IMG/VR virus record: IMGVR_UViG_3300035180_002081
Location: 1 to 62,116 of that record
Reading direction: 5' to 3' (one strand)
DNA: 62,116 nucleotides
Source: a virus
Taxonomy: Duplodnaviria > Caudoviricetes
The position numbers were made by a program, and so were the translations under genes. Each line of letters starts with the position of its first letter. The first letter of the stretch is position 1. Positions 9,401 through 18,608 of this stretch are shown piece after piece. The notes beneath the pieces are model-generated. The model was not told where the DNA came from. It ran no database searches and saw only the letters and a list, made by a program, of their open reading frames with translations.

Positions 9401-9643
9401 ATGGCGCGCAAGCCCGACAGCGCACCGGCCGACAGTGCCGGCGCCGACGGAGCGAGCGCGCCGCCCGATGCGACGCAGGACGTGGCGGCTCCGGCCGCTG
9501 CGCCTGCTCGCAGGGCGATCGCCCTCGTGTGCGTGAGGTACGGCGTCGACGGGCACGATCTCACGATCGAGGCCGGCGGCGAACTCCCCGAGGCGGCTGC
9601 GAAGCAGCTCGTCGAGGGCGTGCACTTCCGCTTCGAGGAGTGA
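9401..9643 (+). CDS. Small head-associated protein (MARKPDSAP...)
   Basis: Fills the gap after MCP; Ala/Pro linker plus small domain. Confidence 0.65.
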   Translation: MARKPDSAPADSAGADGASAPPDATQDVAAPAAAPARRAIALVCVRYGVDGHDLTIEAGGELPEAAAKQLVEGVHFRFEE

Positions 9644-9649
9644 CCACCG

Positions 9650-10144
9650 ATGACGTGGACCGACACGTACGTGCAGCAGGCCGACCTCGAAGTGCGCTTC
9701 ACCGCGGAGCGTGTGGCGGAGGTCTTCTCTGTGCGTGCGTCGGACGGCTCGACCACCGGCGTCGCTGACGACGCGTCGATGCACGTCGCCGCGCTCGACG
9801 CGACCACCGAGGTCAACGAGAAGCTCGCGCCGGTCTACGCCACCCCGTTCGTTGCCCCCCTTCCCGCGTCCGTCGTGGAGATCGTCGCGATCATCACGAT
9901 GTGGCGCGGGATGGTGCGGCGCCCCGAGTTCCTCACCGAGAAGAACTCGAAGCCGTACGAGATGCAGTACCGCGACGCGAGAACGCGCCTGCAGGAACTG
10001 CACGACGGCACGAGCAAGCTCGACGAACGCTACCGGGCGGCCAACAGCGGCGGCGCGGTGGTGAACGAGAACGTCGAGACCGCTCGCCCTTTCTACTTCA
10101 CCGCCAACCCCGACGACGGTTCGGGGGGCATGGGGCAGTTCTGA
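9650..10144 (+). CDS. Head-tail adaptor, Mu gp36/DUF1320-like
   Basis: Y....DLEVRF, DATTEVN..L..VY..P, YRDA...L. Confidence 0.8.
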   Translation: MTWTDTYVQQADLEVRFTAERVAEVFSVRASDGSTTGVADDASMHVAALDATTEVNEKLAPVYATPFVAPLPASVVEIVAIITMWRGMVRRPEFLTEKNSKPYEMQYRDARTRLQELHDGTSKLDERYRAANSGGAVVNENVETARPFYFTANPDDGSGGMGQF

Positions 10145-10581
10145 TGCCCTGGGACACGACCGACGTCGATACGAAGGACTACGCGCTCTGCGGCGCGCTC
10201 CTCGACATGACGGCGCCGATGCAGCTCTCGACGGAGATCGTCGCGGCGGGCATCGACCAAAACTTCGACCGCGAGTCCGCGGCGGGTGACGCGTGGGCCG
10301 AACTCGAGGACTCGACCATCGAGGACCGCGAGCGACGCGGCTACGACGGCGAACACCCCATCCTCGAGCGCACCCGGCGCCTTCGCGAGGGCGCGAGCGC
10401 GCACCGCGAGGTCACCGCGTCGAGCGCGGAGGTCGGCCCCGCCGAGGGCGACCGGATCGCCGCCTACCACCTCGAAGGCACGAGCCGCATGCCGGCGCGC
10501 GACTTCCTCGTGCAGAGCGACCGGACCGAAGACGTCATCGAGATCGCGATCCTCGACCACCTCACGCACGCGAGCGGGTGA
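10144..10581 (+). CDS. Virion morphogenesis/neck protein, Mu gpG-like
   Basis: NFDRE....WA.L..STI, IL.RT..L, AAYHLEGTSRMPARDFL. Confidence 0.82.
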   Translation: MPWDTTDVDTKDYALCGALLDMTAPMQLSTEIVAAGIDQNFDRESAAGDAWAELEDSTIEDRERRGYDGEHPILERTRRLREGASAHREVTASSAEVGPAEGDRIAAYHLEGTSRMPARDFLVQSDRTEDVIEIAILDHLTHASG

Positions 10582-10584
10582 CGC

Positions 10585-11481
10585 ATGTCGTCGGTTCAAG
10601 CCGCGCTCTCGGCGCAGCTCCTCGATCGCGCCGCCGAGGCGGTGAACGGGCCGGTGCTCGGCGTCGTGACCGCGACGTCCACCGTCGACGGCACGCCGAT
10701 CAACCGCGGCCAGCTCGGCACGCTGCCTGACGGCCGTGTCGTGCGGTGCGTGAAGGGCGTCCGAGTCTACTCGATCGGCACGCCGGTGCTCGTGCGGCTG
10801 CTGCACCTCTCTCCGACGGTCCCCGCGAAGGCGAACTTCCTCCCCGTCACGGCCGGCACGGTCGTCACGTGGGGCTCTGCGCTGGTTGATGCGGGCGCGC
10901 TGAACGTTGTTCCGACGGGCATCGTTGCGACCGGCACCGTCGCCGCCAACTTCGCCGCCGACGCAGGCGCCGCGCTCTCGGCGCTCGTGGAGTTCGAGCA
11001 GCTCGGCGTCGATGCCGACGCGTTCAGTTCCGGCGCGCAGGGCGACACCGCCGCGATCATCATGCCGCCCGACGCCGCGCTGCTGTCCGGGATGGGCAGC
11101 GGGCACGGCGGTCGACACGCGGTGATTCAGACGTCGTGGACGATCCGCGTGAACGTCTCCGGTCTCTCGTCGTCGGCGCTCCGCAGCACGCGCTCGAAAG
11201 AAGCGTTCGACGCGCTGTTCAACTCCATCCACGGCTCGCGCATCGGCTCCGGCCCCGCGTGGTTCACGTCGTGGAAGCTCGCGAAGTCCAGCGGCGCGGT
11301 GTCGTCGTGGGAGTTCAAGTTCACGACGAAGCACGTGGGCCGCGGACATCCGCTGCAGGCGTGGCCGGCGCTCGCTGCGCCTCCCGCGCTCGGCCCCGTC
11401 GGCGTCGTCATCCCGTTCAACGTCACGGGGCAGACGCCGGCTGAGCAGATCGCCGCCGACATCGCCATTCCCACCAGCTGA
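10585..11481 (+). CDS. Putative tail terminator/neck protein
   Basis: Position between gpG-like gene and sheath; no diagnostic motif. Confidence 0.5.
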   Translation: MSSVQAALSAQLLDRAAEAVNGPVLGVVTATSTVDGTPINRGQLGTLPDGRVVRCVKGVRVYSIGTPVLVRLLHLSPTVPAKANFLPVTAGTVVTWGSALVDAGALNVVPTGIVATGTVAANFAADAGAALSALVEFEQLGVDADAFSSGAQGDTAAIIMPPDAALLSGMGSGHGGRHAVIQTSWTIRVNVSGLSSSALRSTRSKEAFDALFNSIHGSRIGSGPAWFTSWKLAKSSGAVSSWEFKFTTKHVGRGHPLQAWPALAAPPALGPVGVVIPFNVTGQTPAEQIAADIAIPTS

Positions 11482-11510
11482 CAGCGCGGTCGCCGCGCGC
11501 AGGAGAACGC

Positions 11511-11936
11511 ATGCCCAAGGGCTTCCGCGTCGCCCCCGTCGAGGGGCGCATGATCGTCGATCCGTTCACGATCGGCTCGCAGCATCGTCGCCTCGGGTAC
11601 TCCCGCGCGATCGAGGGCGAGACCATCGACCCGCTCAGCGGCGAGCGCGTCCCGCGCGTCGTCTGGAACTGGAACGGCGACACCGAGATCGTCGTCGAGA
11701 CCACCGACCAGTACATCCGCAAGGCCATCGAGTGCGGTGACCTCGACTACGTCGGCACCGTCACGATCGGCTCCGCCGGCATCCAGGACGAGCCGCTCGA
11801 TGCGGCCCTCGTGAAGCGGACGCTCGAGAACGTGAGCGCGCGCATCGGCGCCGTTACGCCCCCCGCGAAGGCGCTCGGGCCGTTCCCCACGCTCCCCGCC
11901 GCGAACCTCACCGACACCACCGCTTCGGCGGCCTGA
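11511..11936 (+). CDS. Hypothetical tail-module protein (Mu gp38-like position)
   Basis: AGGAG RBS; VAPVEGRMIVDP...YIRKAIECGDL. Confidence 0.6.
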   Translation: MPKGFRVAPVEGRMIVDPFTIGSQHRRLGYSRAIEGETIDPLSGERVPRVVWNWNGDTEIVVETTDQYIRKAIECGDLDYVGTVTIGSAGIQDEPLDAALVKRTLENVSARIGAVTPPAKALGPFPTLPAANLTDTTASAA

Positions 11937-11957
11937 TCCGAAGGGAGATCCGACACC

Positions 11958-13466
11958 ATGCCGAGCATCTCGACGGGCGCCGCTGGCGTCTCCGTCTACT
12001 ACAAGCTCCCGAAGGTCATGCTGCAGGTGCTTCTCGGCGCCGCAGTCGCCAGCGCTGGCGGCCGCGCCCGCAAGCTCCTCCTGATGGGCAACAAGACGTC
12101 GGCGGGCACGCTGACGGCCGACACCCAAATCTACGCGCCTACGTCCATCGAGGACGGAGCGGCCGCGGGCGGCACCGGCGCCGAGGTCTCGCTGATGTTC
12201 GCCGCGGCTCGCACCGCGGAGCCGAACGTCAGCGCGTACATGATGGCGATCACGGAAGCGGCCGGCACGAAGGCGACCGGCACGTTCACCTTCACCGGCA
12301 CCACGTCGACCGGCTCGGGTGACGCGCGCTTCTGGATTCACGGCGTGCTCGTGACGCTCGCGGTCTCCGCTGGCCTCACCCCGACGCAGCTCGCCACCGC
12401 GCTCGCCTCCGCCATCAACGGCAAGGGCACGTACCTCTGCGCCACGGCGACCTCGTCGCTCGGCGTCGTCACGGTCACGTACCGCCACAACGGCCTGCGC
12501 GGGAACTTCTGCGCCATCCGCTGCGAGATGGACGCGTCGGTGACCGGCATGACGCTCGCGGCCTCCGCGGCGTACCTCTCGGGCGGCGCCGGCCAGGACG
12601 ACCTGACCGCCGGCCTCGCGACGGCGCAGGCCAGCGTCTACCACCGCATCACCCCGGCGAACTTCGACGCGGCGGCGCTCACCCTCGTCAACACGCACGT
12701 CGGCTCGATGGGCGGCCCCCTCGTCGGTCGCTACGAGCAGGTCATCGCCTGCCTCGACGCGAAGCAGACGCTCGGCACCGCGACGACCATCGCGACGGGC
12801 ATCAACGACGGCCTGTCGCAGCACCTGTTCTACCCGAGCGCCGAGACGCTCCCGATGGTCACCGCGGCCGCGTGGGCTGCGACGCGCGCCATCGCCGAGG
12901 AGGAGCCGTCGACCAACCTCTCGTCCATGAACATGGACGTGGTCGACCAGTACCCGGTGGTGCTGCCGCCTCCGCTGCAGTCGTCCTACCTGACCGACTC
13001 GCAGGCTGCGGCCGCCCTCGACGTCGGGCTGACCCCCATCCAGGTCACCGCGAACGGGCACCCGTACATCGCGCGCTCGATCACCACGCACTCGAGGGAC
13101 AGCGGCGGCAACCCCGACACGCGCGTCCTCGACACGAACAACCCGACGGTCACCCAGGCCTTCGCCGAGGAACTGCAGACCAGCATCCCCGACGAGTTCA
13201 AGGGCCGCGTGCTCGTCGACGACCCGGTCGACAGCGACGACGAGCTGCCGCCGAACGCGACGACCCCGCAGCGCCTCAAGAGCCACTGCGTCGGCCGCGC
13301 GGTCGCCTGGGGGAAGGCGGGGCGCCTGACGCAGGTCGACGCCGACGTCGCCACCTGGGTCTTCTCGCTCGCGCCGAACGCGCCGGGACGCGCGAACGCC
13401 ACGATGCCGATTCACCCGGCCCCCTGGTTCGTCCAGTTCTCGGCGCAGATTCGGCAGCTGAGCTGA
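11958..13466 (+). CDS. Tail sheath protein, Mu gpL-like
   Basis: LLLMGNK, KATGTFTFTGT, VTVTYRHNGLRGN, ALDVGLTPI, IARSITT. Confidence 0.92.
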   Translation: MPSISTGAAGVSVYYKLPKVMLQVLLGAAVASAGGRARKLLLMGNKTSAGTLTADTQIYAPTSIEDGAAAGGTGAEVSLMFAAARTAEPNVSAYMMAITEAAGTKATGTFTFTGTTSTGSGDARFWIHGVLVTLAVSAGLTPTQLATALASAINGKGTYLCATATSSLGVVTVTYRHNGLRGNFCAIRCEMDASVTGMTLAASAAYLSGGAGQDDLTAGLATAQASVYHRITPANFDAAALTLVNTHVGSMGGPLVGRYEQVIACLDAKQTLGTATTIATGINDGLSQHLFYPSAETLPMVTAAAWAATRAIAEEEPSTNLSSMNMDVVDQYPVVLPPPLQSSYLTDSQAAAALDVGLTPIQVTANGHPYIARSITTHSRDSGGNPDTRVLDTNNPTVTQAFAEELQTSIPDEFKGRVLVDDPVDSDDELPPNATTPQRLKSHCVGRAVAWGKAGRLTQVDADVATWVFSLAPNAPGRANATMPIHPAPWFVQFSAQIRQLS

Positions 13467-13493
13467 CCGACTCGCCACCACCAACAACCCACT

Positions 13494-13533
13494 CGAAGGG
13501 CGCCGCTGCATGACCTGCAGCCGGCGCCCTTCG
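13494..13533 (+). promoter_or_regulatory. RNA hairpin upstream of tail tube gene (near-copy of the hairpin before MCP)
   Basis: CGAAGGGCGCCG / CGGCGCCCTTCG. Confidence 0.6.
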
Positions 13534-13549
13534 CGTTTCCGGAGGCTGC

Positions 13550-13927
13550 ATGGCCGACGATTTCGACGAGTTCGGGCGCGGGGATCTCATCTACAAGGGC
13601 GGTTCGCTCGGCGAGGCCATCTCGGGCCGCGCGCACCTCGAGAACGGCAGCAGCATCGTCAAGACGCTGCGGCGCGGCGTCGCGGGCTCGCACAAGGGGT
13701 CGCTCGTCGGCACCGTGTCGTTCTCGCAGGCCGTGCTCAAGGCCGGCATGCGCGAAGACTTCGTGGACCTCATCCTGAAGCAGCGCAAGGCCACCATCAC
13801 CGCGGTGCTGTCGGACGACGTCCGCATCCAGGTGAAGGGGATCATGCAGGGCGGCGACTTCGCGTTCGGCGAGAACTCGATGGTCACCGGTGATTTCGCC
13901 ATCACCGGCAAGGTCACCAGGGTCTGA
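13550..13927 (+). CDS. Tail tube protein
   Basis: 125 aa beta-rich ORF right after the sheath; GGAGG RBS. Confidence 0.8.
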   Translation: MADDFDEFGRGDLIYKGGSLGEAISGRAHLENGSSIVKTLRRGVAGSHKGSLVGTVSFSQAVLKAGMREDFVDLILKQRKATITAVLSDDVRIQVKGIMQGGDFAFGENSMVTGDFAITGKVTRV

Positions 13928-14562
13928 TGGCCAAGCTCGAAGCACTCAAGCTCGGCAAGACCGCCGGCAAGCGCTTCACGTTCACGCGCAAGACCTCCAC
14001 GGGTGACGCTGTCCCCGTCGAGGTCTTGATCGTGCCGCTCTCGCCGACGGACATCGACCGGGCACGCATCGACGCGGAGAACTACTTCGAGTCGCTGCCC
14101 GACGCGAAGACGATGCCGCAGACGACGCGCGACGAGATCGTCACCGACGCGCGCGAGGTGGAGACGCTCTCGCGAGCGCTCCGCGACGTGGACGCGCCGG
14201 AGGACATCTTCGCGGGCCCCGCGGCGCTGCGCTCGCTGCTCACGACCAACGAACTCGGCGTGCTGCTCAAGGCCTACGTCCACCACCAGGACGACGTCGG
14301 CCCGCTCATGTCGAAGCTCACGAATGAACGGCTGGAAGGGATCATCGAGGCGGTCGCGAAGACCGGTGAACTCGACCCTTTTGTGTTCTTCGACTCGCCC
14401 ACGCAGAAGGCATGCATCATTTCTATGGCGCGCCTGCTGTGGAACTCACGGACGGACAGGTCATCTACTACCTCGGACTCCTGCGAGCCCGGGAGCGGAT
14501 CCTTGAGCGCCGCCGGTCCAGTGAGAAGCGACGAGTCGAGCAACGAAACGCTGGCGGCCTAG
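13927..14562 (+). CDS. Tail assembly chaperone (G-type)
   Basis: Between tube and tape measure; contains a slippery site. Confidence 0.78.
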   Translation: MAKLEALKLGKTAGKRFTFTRKTSTGDAVPVEVLIVPLSPTDIDRARIDAENYFESLPDAKTMPQTTRDEIVTDAREVETLSRALRDVDAPEDIFAGPAALRSLLTTNELGVLLKAYVHHQDDVGPLMSKLTNERLEGIIEAVAKTGELDPFVFFDSPTQKACIISMARLLWNSRTDRSSTTSDSCEPGSGSLSAAGPVRSDESSNETLAA

Positions 14563-14648
14563 CGAGCAAGCTGCCGCGCGCGAATAGGGCCCAACAGGCC
14601 GCGCGCGCGGGCATCGCCGCACCGAGCACGAAGGGCACCACCCGATGA
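14376..14648 (+). other. Programmed -1 frameshift site (C CCT TTT) and GT-type extension frame
   Basis: In-frame X XXY YYZ heptamer at 14376-14382; the -1 frame is open to TGA 14646-14648, which overlaps the TMP ATG. Confidence 0.7.
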
Positions 14649-17215
14649 CTGAGCGCAGCCTCGTCTACAAGATCAGCGTCCGCGGCCAGGCCGAGGGCGT
14701 GAGCGCGATCCGCTCGATCGCGGACGCGGCTGCGCGTGCGTCACGTGAGGAGGCCAAAGCCGCGCAGACCGTGGCGCGCGACACGAGCGACGCACGCCGA
14801 CGCTCGACCGACGCCTCGAAGAAAAGCGTCGACGAGCAGGGTAAGCACGCCTCGATGCTCTCGCGGCTGAACACGAAGCTGGAGGTCCAGCGCGTGAAGG
14901 AAGCCGAGAAGGGCGCGAAGGACCGCGAGAAGGCAGCGATCAAGGCCGGCGACAACATCGTCAAGGCCCTCGGCAAGGAGGTGCGCGAGCACGAGAAGAG
15001 CGAGGCCGCGAAGACGAGGGCGACCGAGAAGGAAGCTCGCGAGAGGCAGCGCTTCGTCGAGAAGGCCGAGGCCGCGACGTCCGCGCACATGATGGCCGAG
15101 CGGCGAGCGGCTCAGAACCAGATGGCGCGCGACGCTCAGAAGGCCATGCGCGAGCAAGCGGCTTCGGAACGGCGGCTCTACAGCGGCCTGGCGCGCGGGG
15201 CTGGGGGCGCCTTCGGCGGCGCGCTCAGCTACGGCGCCGGCCTCGTCTCGCGCGGAGCGCACCAAGTCGCGGCGGGGGCTGGGCTGAATCGAGCCACGGA
15301 CATCAGCGATGTCGTCGCAGAACGCATGCTCGTGCACCGGACGATCCGGCGCATTGCGATCGAGAACCGGGGCGTCGGCGGCGTCTTGGGTGGAGCTGGA
15401 TCGTTCGACGAGAAGGCAGCTATCGCGGGTGTCGCAGCTGCGGCGAAGGCAACCGGCACGTCGCAGGGCAGCCTCGTCGACGCGCTGAACGTGTTCTCGG
15501 AGAAGGGCAAGGGCGCGCAGGGGGTGCAGAGCCTCGGGCGCGTCGCGCAAGAGGCGCTCGCGATGGGCGTCGATCCCGCCGTCGTGGCCAAGCTCCGCGC
15601 GCAGATGCTCGTCAGCTCCGAAGCGACCGGCAAGACGATGTCGGAGAAGGATCTGCAGGTCGCCGTCGGGAAGCTCTCGCTCGTCGGCAAGTCCGGCGTG
15701 TTCCGCGCTGGCGCGATGGCCGAGCAGTCGGAAGCGCTCTTCTCGCGCGCTGCAGCGAGCGGCGTCGACTTCAACACGGAGCTGACGCGCTACGCGGCGT
15801 TCGCGAACGAAGCGCGCAAGTCGACCGGTAGCGCCGCGACGGCGCGCACCTCGATCAACTCGATCCAAGACGCGATCGTGAAGAAAGAGGGGAAGATCAA
15901 CGCGCTCGGAATCGAGACCCGTGACGAGCACGGAGAGCGCAACTTCATCGACGTCGTCGAGGACGTCATCGTCAAGACGGGCGGCAAGGGCAAGGAGTTC
16001 AATCAGATCATCGACCCCTCTCGATCGGGGAAGGCGATTCAGACGATGCTCACCGCCTACAACAACTCGAGCGGCACCGACGCGGAGCGCCGCGCCGCGA
16101 TGGAGTCGTACCTCACGAAGAACACCGCCGACATCTCGAACATGACCGACGACCAGGTCGTCAAGGAGATGGACACGGATATCGGCTCGATGCTCGACGA
16201 AGAGAGCACGAAGATGCAGCAGGGCGTCGAGTCGATCCGGCAGACGCTCGCGGAGCAGCTCGAACCCGCCCTCGTGAAGCTCGCGAAGACGATGCCGGAG
16301 CTGACCGAGGGCTTCGCGAAGGTGATCGACTTCGTGAAGAAGCACCCCGTGCTCGCGGCCGTGCCGGTCGCGCTTCCGCTCGTCGAGAACCTGGCCAAGA
16401 CGGGCTTGAGCCAGGGGGCGCAGTTCCTCGCCAACAAGATCCGCAGGGCCCTTCCTGGCGCGACGGGTGCGGCCGGCGGCGGTGTAGTCGACGCGATCGG
16501 CAACGCTGGCTCCATGCCCGTCTACGTGACGAACTGGCCGGGCGGCGGTGTTGGAATCCCGGGCGGACCCGGCGGGCCCGATCTCGGTGGGGACAAGCTG
16601 ACCGGCTGGAAAGGCAAGCTCGCGCAGCTCGGTACGTGGGCGACCGTCATCCTGACCGCGGCGGAGGTCGGCGGCTATATCGGCGACAAGATCCACGACA
16701 ACATGCGCCACGGCAGCGTCACCTCACACGGATTCACATTCGGTCGCGACGACGGCGGCCACAGTGGCGCCGGGGGCGCGAACGACTGGCGCGGAAACGT
16801 AGGCGGTCGCGATGCGACTCCCGAGGACAAGGCGGAGCTGAATGCGGGTCGCGCTGCCAACAAGCAGAAGAACGACACGATCATGAGCTACCTCGACGCC
16901 GACATGTACAACGCGTTCGCGCCCGATCTCCCGGGTGACAGCGTGCGGTCGAACGACGCGTGGGCGGGACGAAAGGGTCAGCGTCTCGACAACAAGATGA
17001 ACGGCACGAACACGCCGCTCGGCGTTCCCGAATGGCTGCTCGCGGACGGCGGCGGCGGCGGTGGCTCGTCTGGCACCGGTGGTTCCGGAGGCAACAAGAG
17101 CCTGGTCGCAATGGAGACGAAGATCGATTCGGTGACCGCGGGACTCGAGAAGCTCGATCGCGCCGTGCGGTCGCTCGGTTCGTCGTTCTCCGTCTACAAG
17201 GGGCCGGGTCTCTGA
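14645..17215 (+). CDS. Tape measure protein
   Basis: 856 aa Ala/Lys-rich helical protein with the PVYVTNWPGG motif. Confidence 0.9.
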   Translation: MTERSLVYKISVRGQAEGVSAIRSIADAAARASREEAKAAQTVARDTSDARRRSTDASKKSVDEQGKHASMLSRLNTKLEVQRVKEAEKGAKDREKAAIKAGDNIVKALGKEVREHEKSEAAKTRATEKEARERQRFVEKAEAATSAHMMAERRAAQNQMARDAQKAMREQAASERRLYSGLARGAGGAFGGALSYGAGLVSRGAHQVAAGAGLNRATDISDVVAERMLVHRTIRRIAIENRGVGGVLGGAGSFDEKAAIAGVAAAAKATGTSQGSLVDALNVFSEKGKGAQGVQSLGRVAQEALAMGVDPAVVAKLRAQMLVSSEATGKTMSEKDLQVAVGKLSLVGKSGVFRAGAMAEQSEALFSRAAASGVDFNTELTRYAAFANEARKSTGSAATARTSINSIQDAIVKKEGKINALGIETRDEHGERNFIDVVEDVIVKTGGKGKEFNQIIDPSRSGKAIQTMLTAYNNSSGTDAERRAAMESYLTKNTADISNMTDDQVVKEMDTDIGSMLDEESTKMQQGVESIRQTLAEQLEPALVKLAKTMPELTEGFAKVIDFVKKHPVLAAVPVALPLVENLAKTGLSQGAQFLANKIRRALPGATGAAGGGVVDAIGNAGSMPVYVTNWPGGGVGIPGGPGGPDLGGDKLTGWKGKLAQLGTWATVILTAAEVGGYIGDKIHDNMRHGSVTSHGFTFGRDDGGHSGAGGANDWRGNVGGRDATPEDKAELNAGRAANKQKNDTIMSYLDADMYNAFAPDLPGDSVRSNDAWAGRKGQRLDNKMNGTNTPLGVPEWLLADGGGGGGSSGTGGSGGNKSLVAMETKIDSVTAGLEKLDRAVRSLGSSFSVYKGPGL

Positions 17216-17637
17216 TGCCGTACTATCGAGCCTACTTCGCGTCGCGGGCGCTCGCTGAGGCGGCGGAATCGGTCGCCATCGCCAACATCCGCGCCGACTA
17301 CGCCGCGATCGCGCTGCTCGATCCGGACATCGCGGGTGGCCTCGCGGTGGCGACTGACGCGCCGACATCGCGCTTCGAGTGCACGAGCGTCACGCCGCTT
17401 CCCGCGGGAGCGGTGCCGGCTGGGACGCAGACGTACAGCACCGTCACGTGGCTGGTGACGACGCCGGACGGTGTTCCGTCGACGTCCTGCTCGATCATGC
17501 CGGACACGAACGCGCCCACGGTCGGCGGCGTCGAGTACCACGCCGTCGGGGCTCCACTCGACTGGCAGACGCGCGTCGCGGCAGCTGGTGACGGGCGCTG
17601 GCTCGTCGAGCTGTACACGACGCCGCTGGGGAGCTGA
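17215..17637 (+). CDS. Hypothetical protein
   Basis: TGATG coupling to TMP; ends 2 nt before the next gene. Confidence 0.65.
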   Translation: MPYYRAYFASRALAEAAESVAIANIRADYAAIALLDPDIAGGLAVATDAPTSRFECTSVTPLPAGAVPAGTQTYSTVTWLVTTPDGVPSTSCSIMPDTNAPTVGGVEYHAVGAPLDWQTRVAAAGDGRWLVELYTTPLGS

Positions 17638-17639
17638 GC

Positions 17640-18551
17640 ATGGCCGACGAGACCATCTTCGAGACGCTGCAGGAGGGGAGCTACGACGGCATCGTCATCC
17701 CCGTGCAGAGCGTCAAGCTCTCGACCGGGACGCGCCAGGTGTTCCACGAGTACGTGTTCCGACCTGGTGCCGACATCGAGCCCACGGGCCGAGAGCCGGT
17801 CACCGGGATGCTCACGGCCACGTACGTGAACGACCTCGAAGACGTCGGCGCGACGAACGACCTGTGGCCGGGCGCGCTGACCCTACTGCGGGCGCGCGCG
17901 CAGGAGCAGAAGGCCGGCCCGCTCGTCATCCCCACGCTCGGCACGCTCCCCTTCGCGTTCATCCACGTTGAGGAGAACTACACCGAGGGCCTCGTCGACG
18001 GCGCCACGGTCGTCATCACGTTCGCCGAGGACTCGTCCGCGCAGTTCAGCAACCTCGGCGTGAAGAGTGCGCGCTCGAAGCTGCCATCGTCTGCCGAGAA
18101 GGCCGACGCGTCGGTCCCATCGAGCGCCCTCGCAAGCGCGCTGAGCGGCCTCGACGACGGCGGCAGTGGCTCGATGTCGTTCACGTCGGCCGTCGCGAAC
18201 GTCCTCGGGCAGCTCGAGCAGGCGCAGGACAGCATTGCCCGGCCGATCCGACAGCTGCAGCAGATCGCGCAGGCGGTCGACGACGTGATCGGCGCCGTCT
18301 CGTCGCTGATGTCCCCGAGCAGCTGGGAAGCCTTCGAGGCGCTCCGCGACCTCAAGTCGACGGCGCTCGCCGCGGCTGACGAGGTCTCGCGCGCGCAGGA
18401 TCTCAAGAGCTACCGCACGCCCGTGACGACGAACATCGCCGCGATCGCGCTGGCGACGAAGAACACGATCGACGAGCTGCTCGCGATCAACGTCTTCGAG
18501 GACGCGAACGACATCGACGCTGGCACATCGCTGCTCGTCTTCGTCCGCTGA
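17640..18551 (+). CDS. DNA circularisation/tail tube initiator protein, Mu gpN-like
   Basis: LQEGSYDGI, HEY.FRPGADIE..GR, G.LVIPTLG, ITFAED; LysM-like C-terminus. Confidence 0.85.
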   Translation: MADETIFETLQEGSYDGIVIPVQSVKLSTGTRQVFHEYVFRPGADIEPTGREPVTGMLTATYVNDLEDVGATNDLWPGALTLLRARAQEQKAGPLVIPTLGTLPFAFIHVEENYTEGLVDGATVVITFAEDSSAQFSNLGVKSARSKLPSSAEKADASVPSSALASALSGLDDGGSGSMSFTSAVANVLGQLEQAQDSIARPIRQLQQIAQAVDDVIGAVSSLMSPSSWEAFEALRDLKSTALAAADEVSRAQDLKSYRTPVTTNIAAIALATKNTIDELLAINVFEDANDIDAGTSLLVFVR

Positions 18552-18608
18552 CCCGTCGACATCTCCCCCTCACCGCGAGGCGCCCGCGCGCACTCGTGAC
18601 GGTGGCGC

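Noticed and set aside
11127-13511. Long antisense ORFs (794 aa here; likewise 14741..16711, 24124..25869, 40176..41732, 47129..48769)
   Set aside because: Shadow frames of high-GC genes; Arg/Gly-rich with no motifs, opposite well-supported genes.
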